Shown piece after piece: positions 25,935 to 32,000 of a DNA stretch of 32,000 nucleotides; the first letter of the stretch is position 1, and each line of letters starts with the position of its first letter. The DNA lies in NCBI RefSeq assembly GCF_003231495.1, contig NZ_PQWO01000004.1, forward strand, positions 210,001 through 242,000. The letters run 5' to 3'. The position numbers and the translations under genes are program-made. The notes under the pieces were generated by a model. That model was not told the origin of the DNA. It saw only the letters and a program-made list of their open reading frames with translations, and searched no databases. Source of the DNA: Acaryochloris thomasi RCC1774 (lineage in GTDB: Bacteria > Cyanobacteriota > Cyanobacteriia > Thermosynechococcales > Thermosynechococcaceae).

Positions 25935-28900
25935 CTAAATGAATGTTATGCCCTCCCGGCAGCGTGATTTGCTGGGCATGGGGTAAAGCAGCCTGCTGAT
26001 CGCTTAAGTCTTGGGGACGATTGAAGCGACTGCGGTCACCATAAACGAGAGTCACCGGCATTTGAATGCGCCGCAAAAGTTGCAGATAGCCCTCTCGATC
26101 AAACGGCGCACCGCGCAAACTGGTGCGCGTCCGCAAGATCGGATCCCAACGCCAGCGCACTCCTACGCCGTCAGTCTGTGTGGCGCGTTCCGCCAAAAGC
26201 TGAGCGAACTGGGGCGAGAGGCTGGGGGTAGCCTGCTGTAAACGATGGGCGGCAGCAGCCTGATCTGTTAGCAGGGAATGCTCCGGCGGAGACGCAGCAT
26301 AATCAAGATGGGTCAAGAGCTGATTGGCTGGATCGGTATTGTTCTCAGCAGCAGGCAAAATCGTTTCAACCAGGATCAACTGCCGTACCCACTGAGGCCG
26401 CACGCTGGCAAACAGGGCGGTAACCACTGAACCCAGAGAATGCCCGATTAGAGTAACCGGCTGATCCGTTAGTTTTGGAACAAGCTGGTCGAGATCTGCT
26501 AAAAAGTCCTGGAGCTGGTAAGTGACCGTACGGCCTGACTTCCCGTGTCCTCGCAGGTCGGGAGCGATGACCCGGTACCCTTGCGCTGCAAGCTGCGCCG
26601 CAATCGGATCCCAAACGGCTCCCTGCTCTAGGATGCCATGTAGACAGAGAACGAGAGGACCCTCTTCTGGCCCCCAGGTGCAGAGACAGAGTTCTAGATC
26701 GCCCAGCGAGAGCGAGGTTTCCGCCAGCATTGCACCGGGTTCAGGTTCAGCCTCGGGCAGATCATAGCCCAGTTGAAGCGTGATGTGACGGGCAAAATTT
26801 CCGAGCTTGTGGGGGAGTCTAATTTTTCTCCAGGCATCACCCAAGGCTTTTTCAACACGGTTGTGTTTCAAGAAGTTCGGGTCGCCGAGGGAAAGCGACT
26901 GCTGATGGAGCCCATCGGTCATCCGCTGACCGTCGTAGGGCTGCAGCACTGAAGGGTCAAAGGGAATCCCGAGAAAGGTACAGAGCCGCTGCATCACTTT
27001 TTGTGGCTCGCTCACGAGATCTTCGTAATGAATCAAGTGATGGCGGTCGCTGCCCAAGGTTTTGGCAAACTGCAGCACATTTTGATTGCTACGGGTCCAG
27101 ATACTTTCAGCGATGCGGTAGGGGTTACCGTCACCCGCCCCAATCAGCTTATCCATTCGCATGCGGACGAAGGATTCAATCATGGCGTAGGGATGCCGCA
27201 CCAGATGAATGTACTTGGCGTCGGCAAAGATTTCTTCAGCTCGGCCTAAGGTCTCAAGACTCATGGCATAGGTGGGAGACTTATCCACCAGTAGGCGGCT
27301 GCCGGCCAGCTCCTGCAGCATGGCGTAGACGTTTTGAATCGGTGAGGACCGCTGCACCAAATCTTGAATCAGTGACTGGCTGGTTTTGACTCCTAGCCCT
27401 TTGAGGTCCATCAGCACCCGCTGCAGGCCTTCGCCCAGATTCGACAGCGACAGATCTTTGGCCCGTTCGGCCATTGTTTCAAAAGGCAGCAGATGCAGTT
27501 CTGGTGTTGAGAGCAGCCTCGGATGCCCCGCCAGCATAACGCGCAGCAGGGTGGAACCGGAACGGGGACTCGACAGAATAAAGACAATGCCGGGGAGCCG
27601 ATCGCTCGGGGGATCCGTGGTGGTGGGTTTGGCGGTCGGCGTAGCAAAAGTCTGGAAATCGGTGTCGAGGTCTTCTTCTAGATCAGACGCATCGGTTAGG
27701 GGCTGAGCACCGTGGCTGCGCTCAAATTCTTCGGCAAGGTAGGCGGCAAAGACTTGGATGCGGGGGCGGTCGTAGAACTCGCGGGGATAGAGCATCAACT
27801 GCAGATCTTGCTGGATCTGATTCAGTAGCTCCATCATCATTAGAGAATCGCATCCCTTCTCTAGCAGGTTCTCTTCAATATCAATATTGGCGGGCTGGAG
27901 ATGCAGGACGTGGGCAATCTGCTGCTGCAGATAGTGGGTGAGATGGGAGGTGCGATCGCAAATATTCATCTCTTTAAGCGTTTCAAAGATTCGCGATTCA
28001 CGAACGCTAGGCTTTGCCTGTATCAAAGCCTGTAAATAAGGGCTGCTGGCATAGGAACCCAAGTCTGACCAACGCACCGACAGCGCCCCCACCTGAGCGG
28101 GGAAGGCTTCTCCATTCGCAATCAGCATCTCCAGTAGACGCAGTCCTTGAGCCACCGGAATGGGATCAATACCACTAGCCGTCAGCGTCTTCTCATTCTG
28201 GACGGCCATGCCTGCCTGTGCCCACGGTCCCCAATTAATGCTCAGAGCCGGAAGCTGTTGCTGACGACGGAAGTGAGCCAGGGCATCCATGAAGGCATTA
28301 GCAGCGGCGTAGTTCCCCTGTCCCGGAGAGCCTAAAAGCGAAGCCGCTGACGAAAACATCACGAAAAAATCGAGGGGCTGATCCTGAGTCAAAGTGTGGA
28401 GGTTCCAGGCACCCGTGACTTTTGGAGCCATGACCTGCTGAAACTGCTCCCAGGTTTGCTGCTCTAAGATGCCGTCCTTCAAAACGCCAGCAGCATGAAT
28501 GACGCCCCGTAGAGGTGGGCTAGATGCAAGGGTTGACTGGAGAGTGGGGAGCTGGTTGCGATCGCAAATATCAACTGGTGCCGTACTGATCACAACACCC
28601 TGTTCTTCTAGGCACTGCAGCACCTCTATCGCCGCTGCAGAGGGGGCGTTACGACCCACCAGCACCAGCGATCGCGCGCCTTGGGTCACCAGCCACTGCG
28701 CCACCTGCAGACCTAACGCTCCCAGGCCACCCGTGATTAGGTAGGTGCCTTGCGGGTGACAAATTGCTTGTTTCACGTTTTGAACAGGGACCTGCGAGCG
28801 CTGCAGACGGGCCACGTAGCGCTGCTGTCCTCGAAGTGCAACCTGCGTTTCTGTGTGGGGGTGTGCCAGCTCAGCTAGCAGTGCCGCCGAGCCTAAGGTG

Positions 28901-31900
28901 TCTACATCAACCAAACCACCCCAAAGGTGAGGATGCTCCAGCGCTAAGACTTTGCCGAGACCCCAGAGAGAAGACTGTGCCAGCCGCTGCTCCATGTTCT
29001 GATCCGATGGCAATCGAATCGCCTCTTGGGTGACAATCCAAAATCGGGGCTGCAGCTTCAGCGCCGTGGGCAGCGCCGCCGTCAGGGTTTGCAAGAGATA
29101 AAGAACGGCCTGACAGTCTGCGATCTGCGCCAGTGCTTCAGGCCGATCTGACGCTAAATTCCAGAGCTGCAGGATGCCCGCCAGCGGTGGCTGCTCATCC
29201 GTCAAAGCCTCAGCCCAGAGGCGTTTCCAGTCTGCTGGCTGACTCGGATCGATCCGCCATTTCTGGCCCTGATGGTGGTAGGCCGCACCCGCATAGACCC
29301 GCAGGCATGTATGTCCCTGGGTCTCTAACTGCGTTGCCAGCGCTTCGCCCGCCGGATCCATCAGCAACAGCCAGCGGCCCGTCGCCACTGCAGAGGCATC
29401 CACAGACTGCGGCTGCCAGTCCACCTGATAGAGACAGTCTTCTAGAGCAGAAGTCTGCTGTTCTTGCTGGTGCTGCTCAACCAAGTGGTTAACGACCGTG
29501 GGGAGAAGCGCCGCCTGATCTGCCGAAAGCGCCATCGACTGCTGCAGCCACCGCGCCAGCGGTTCCGTTTGCCCCTGCTTAATCCACTGCACAACTGAGG
29601 TTTCTGAGGCATTGATCGGGAGAGTCTTTGGCTCCAGCCAATAACGCTGCCGCTGCCAAGGATAGGTGGGCAACGGTAGACGCTGACGGTGATATCCGGC
29701 TTCGAATTGAGACCAATTGGGGGCCAACCCTTGGGTATAAAGCGTCCCTAAACTCTGCAAAAGCTGCAGCCAATCAGCCTGCTGCCGCCGCAGACTGGGT
29801 AACCATGCCCCTGTGCTCTTGGGTAGACAACGCCGTCCCATCCCCAGCAGCGTGGGCTGCGGCCCGATCTCTAAGAATGTTTGGCATCCCATTGTATTGA
29901 GGGTCTGCAGGCTGCTCTCAAAGCGAACCGTTTCCAGAATGTGCTGACACCAGTAATCGGCATGCGTCAATTCTTCTGCAGCCCGCTGTCCGGTAACGTT
30001 AGAGATTAAGGGTAAGTGAGGCAGACGATAGCTTACCTCATTCGCTACCTGACGAAAGGCATCCAGCATGGGGGCCATTAGCTGCGAGTGAAAGGCATGG
30101 GAAACCCGCAGCCACCGCATTTTAATACCCGCAGTGGTAAGGTCGGCCACCATCGATTCAATGGTCTGGTGATCTCCTGAAACCACGATGTTCTCTGGCC
30201 CGTTTTCAGCCGCAATGGTTGCCGAGGCAGCATAGGGCTGCAGCATTTCCTGCACTCTGGTTGCCGAGGCAAAGATAGCCACCATCGCTCCCGTTTGCGG
30301 CAGTTTCTGCATCAGATGCGCGCGCGTCGCCACTAGCTTTAGAGCATCTTCTAGAGAGAAGACACCGGCCACACAGGCCGCTACATATTCCCCGACACTG
30401 TGCCCCATCACCACGGCGGGCTGAATGCCCCAGGACTGCCACAGCCGACAGAGGGCGTATTCCACGGCAAATAGAGCCGGTTGCGTATAGGCGGTCTGAT
30501 CGAGCAGATCTCGCTCAAGCGTAGACTCAGACGCAGCGTTCGGAGGATAGAGAATGTCGAGGAGGGACTGGTCAAGGTAGTTCTGAAGGATGCGATCGCA
30601 TCTCTCTAAAATCTCTCGGAATAGAGGCTGTGTCTTATAGAGCTGTCGCCCCATCCCCGAATACTGAGACCCCTGCCCCGTGAATAGAAAGGCTGTTTGA
30701 GATCCCCCTGCCGCACCACTATGCGCCGTTTTTTTCCCTTCGAGATAGTCCGTCAGCCGTTGTTCCAGCGTTGAAATCGAATCCGATACTGCGGCAAAGC
30801 GATACTCCAGGGACGAGCGCCCTGTGTTCGCTGAATAGCAAAGATCCGCTAGGTTCGGCGAGGTCTGCAGATGATCAACGTAGCTAAGAACCAATTCCCT
30901 CAACGCGGGTTCGGTCTTCGCCGATAGGGTTAGCAGATGCCAAGGCCGGTCAGGCTGAGGGGTCGGAGGCACTTCAGCTACTTGAGGCGCAGCCTCGATC
31001 ACCACATGGGCATTGGTGCCGCCGAAGCCAAAGGAACTCACCCCAGCAAATCTTTGAGCTTGCGACCATGCCCGATGCTGCGTCGGCACGTCAAGGGGCG
31101 TTCCCTTCAGATCGATCAGACTGTTGATCTCGTTTAGGTGCAAATGGGGAGGAATGGATTCATGCTGCAGCGCCAGCACAATCTTCAGCAGTCCGGCAAT
31201 TCCCGCCGCTGCTTCTAAATGACCAATATTCGTTTTCACCGACCCAATCCAGCAGGGCTGCTCGGGGTCTCGATCCTGGAGTAGAACCGTCTTGAGAGCG
31301 CTCATCTCGATGGGGTCACCGAGAGACGTTCCCGTGCCGTGGGCATCCACATAGCTAATTTGGTCCGGCGTCACCTGGGCCTGCGCGAGAGCCTGATGAA
31401 TCACCGCCTGCTGCGCGGGACCGTTGGGTGCCGTGAGGCCGTTGCTGCGACCATCTTGATTGATCGCGGAACCCCGAATCACGGCCAGAACATTGTCGCC
31501 ATCGGCCTGGGCCTGCGATAGACGCTTGAGCAACACAACGCCGCAGCCTTCACCGCGCACATAGCCATCGGCGCTGTCGTCAAAGGTTTTACAGCGGCCA
31601 TCCGCGGCCAGCATTCCGGCTTGAGCAAAGGTGTCGGTCAGGGTTGAGGATAAAATCAGATTGACGCCGCCGACGAGCGCCTGATCGCATTCCCCCTGGC
31701 GGATACTCTGGCTAGCGAGATGCACCGCAACTAGTGAAGAGGAGCAGGCCGTATCCACCGCGAGAGAAGGGCCGCGCAAATCAAGCAGATAGGACAGGCG
31801 ATTGGCGGCAATACTGTGGGCGTTGCCGGTACCGGAATAGGCGCTCACGTCCTGCGGCATTTGAGCATAGTCAGAGCTGCTCATGCCGATGAAGACGCCC

Positions 31901-32000
31901 GTGGCCGTCTGCGCGAGCTGGTGGGGCGGGATGCCGGCCTGCTCTAGGGTTTCCCAAACCACCTCTAGCAAAAGGCGCTGCTGCGGATCCATATACTCCG
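25858..32000 (-). CDS. ols: Olefin synthase-type modular polyketide synthase (Ols/CurM-like), KS-AT-KR-ACP-ST-TE; 5' end outside the window
   Basis: The reading frame is open to base 32000 (..EYMDPQQRLLLE), and the KS active-site Cys is already at residue 83. This means about 90 aa of KS and any loading domains lie upstream.
Domains, approximate nt:
- KS 30988-32000 (DTACSSS, HGTGT, NIGHLE)
- AT 29758-30696 (GHSVGE, HAFH)
- KR 28213-28755 (TGGLGALG, GNYAAAN)
- ACP 27718-27960 (GCDSL)
- sulfotransferase 26758-27600 (SSPRSGSTLL PAPS loop, LVRHP)
- alpha/beta-hydrolase TE 25861-26715 (GHSLGS). Confidence 0.9.
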   Translation of the reverse strand, partial: EYMDPQQRLLLEVVWETLEQAGIPPHQLAQTATGVFIGMSSSDYAQMPQDVSAYSGTGNAHSIAANRLSYLLDLRGPSLAVDTACSSSLVAVHLASQSIRQGECDQALVGGVNLILSSTLTDTFAQAGMLAADGRCKTFDDSADGYVRGEGCGVVLLKRLSQAQADGDNVLAVIRGSAINQDGRSNGLTAPNGPAQQAVIHQALAQAQVTPDQISYVDAHGTGTSLGDPIEMSALKTVLLQDRDPEQPCWIGSVKTNIGHLEAAAGIAGLLKIVLALQHESIPPHLHLNEINSLIDLKGTPLDVPTQHRAWSQAQRFAGVSSFGFGGTNAHVVIEAAPQVAEVPPTPQPDRPWHLLTLSAKTEPALRELVLSYVDHLQTSPNLADLCYSANTGRSSLEYRFAAVSDSISTLEQRLTDYLEGKKTAHSGAAGGSQTAFLFTGQGSQYSGMGRQLYKTQPLFREILERCDRILQNYLDQSLLDILYPPNAASESTLERDLLDQTAYTQPALFAVEYALCRLWQSWGIQPAVVMGHSVGEYVAACVAGVFSLEDALKLVATRAHLMQKLPQTGAMVAIFASATRVQEMLQPYAASATIAAENGPENIVVSGDHQTIESMVADLTTAGIKMRWLRVSHAFHSQLMAPMLDAFRQVANEVSYRLPHLPLISNVTGQRAAEELTHADYWCQHILETVRFESSLQTLNTMGCQTFLEIGPQPTLLGMGRRCLPKSTGAWLPSLRRQQADWLQLLQSLGTLYTQGLAPNWSQFEAGYHRQRLPLPTYPWQRQRYWLEPKTLPINASETSVVQWIKQGQTEPLARWLQQSMALSADQAALLPTVVNHLVEQHQQEQQTSALEDCLYQVDWQPQSVDASAVATGRWLLLMDPAGEALATQLETQGHTCLRVYAGAAYHHQGQKWRIDPSQPADWKRLWAEALTDEQPPLAGILQLWNLASDRPEALAQIADCQAVLYLLQTLTAALPTALKLQPRFWIVTQEAIRLPSDQNMEQRLAQSSLWGLGKVLALEHPHLWGGLVDVDTLGSAALLAELAHPHTETQVALRGQQRYVARLQRSQVPVQNVKQAICHPQGTYLITGGLGALGLQVAQWLVTQGARSLVLVGRNAPSAAAIEVLQCLEEQGVVISTAPVDICDRNQLPTLQSTLASSPPLRGVIHAAGVLKDGILEQQTWEQFQQVMAPKVTGAWNLHTLTQDQPLDFFVMFSSAASLLGSPGQGNYAAANAFMDALAHFRRQQQLPALSINWGPWAQAGMAVQNEKTLTASGIDPIPVAQGLRLLEMLIANGEAFPAQVGALSVRWSDLGSYASSPYLQALIQAKPSVRESRIFETLKEMNICDRTSHLTHYLQQQIAHVLHLQPANIDIEENLLEKGCDSLMMMELLNQIQQDLQLMLYPREFYDRPRIQVFAAYLAEEFERSHGAQPLTDASDLEEDLDTDFQTFATPTAKPTTTDPPSDRLPGIVFILSSPRSGSTLLRVMLAGHPRLLSTPELHLLPFETMAERAKDLSLSNLGEGLQRVLMDLKGLGVKTSQSLIQDLVQRSSPIQNVYAMLQELAGSRLLVDKSPTYAMSLETLGRAEEIFADAKYIHLVRHPYAMIESFVRMRMDKLIGAGDGNPYRIAESIWTRSNQNVLQFAKTLGSDRHHLIHYEDLVSEPQKVMQRLCTFLGIPFDPSVLQPYDGQRMTDGLHQQSLSLGDPNFLKHNRVEKALGDAWRKIRLPHKLGNFARHITLQLGYDLPEAEPEPGAMLAETSLSLGDLELCLCTWGPEEGPLVLCLHGILEQGAVWDPIAAQLAAQGYRVIAPDLRGHGKSGRTVTYQLQDFLADLDQLVPKLTDQPVTLIGHSLGSVVTALFASVRPQWVRQLILVETILPAAENNTDPANQLLTHLDYAASPPEHSLLTDQAAAAHRLQQATPSLSPQFAQLLAERATQTDGVGVRWRWDPILRTRTSLRGAPFDREGYLQLLRRIQMPVTLVYGDRSRFNRPQDLSDQQAALPHAQQITLPGGHNIHLDASAELSQQILALLDSAEVQTREQH

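Noticed and set aside
25557-31521. Plus-strand ORFs antisense to orf355 and ols, for example 25557..25967, 26011..26241, 26522..26767, 27003..27389, 28764..29033, 29133..29492
   Set aside because: These are typical antisense open frames of a long GC-rich PKS gene. Their translations are Arg/Pro/Ser/Ala-rich and lack motifs.
31990-31992. Met at 31992 as the ols start codon
   Set aside because: MDPQQRLLLE is an internal, conserved KS motif. The frame remains open to the window edge, and the KS active-site Cys at residue 83 is too close to it for this Met to be a start.
1-32000. Search for tRNA, rRNA, CRISPR arrays and intact mobile elements
   Set aside because: No cloverleaf-like sequences, rRNA-like conserved blocks or repeat-spacer arrays were seen by eye in the intergenic regions. 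The only mobile-element trace is the decayed transposase fragment at 4771-5025.

Overview
This looks like a cyanobacterial chromosome segment. I count at least 20 copies of the HIP1 octamer GCGATCGC, it carries ntcA, and G+C looks low-to-mid 50s by eye. All calls come from reading the ORF translations and the DNA by eye; no searches were run.

Layout, left to right:
- SIS-domain gene, 3' end only (+)
- leuA, long yeast/actinobacterial type (-)
- a 690-nt ORF-free spacer
- fabI (-), divergent from ntcA (+), with a perfect TGTA-N8-TACA NtcA box between them
- an AT-rich islet holding an IS5-family transposase remnant and a GT61/DUF563 glycosyltransferase
- rpiA (+)
- a YaaW-like membrane protein (+)
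- a peptide/nickel-type ABC substrate-binding protein and one permease (-)
- a Pro-rich lipoprotein with a PilP-like C-terminal domain (-)
- a cobA/hemD fusion (+)
- a five-gene minus-strand envelope cluster: lipoprotein, two tandem enlarged TPM-domain paralogues, LemA, GHL10-like hydrolase
- pntA and pntB (+)
- the 3' two-thirds of an olefin-synthase-type PKS (KS-AT-KR-ACP-sulfotransferase-thioesterase, Ols/CurM-like) running off the right edge (-), followed on the same strand by an overlapping unknown 355-aa membrane protein and a SixA-like histidine phosphatase

Most interesting:
1. The TPM/LemA cluster. Each TPM protein carries an unassigned 5-TM region, a four-CxxC double zinc-ribbon-like module, and a poly-Ser/Gly tail.
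2. The Ols terminal-alkene module and its two tightly coupled downstream genes.

No rRNA, tRNA or CRISPR array was recognised.
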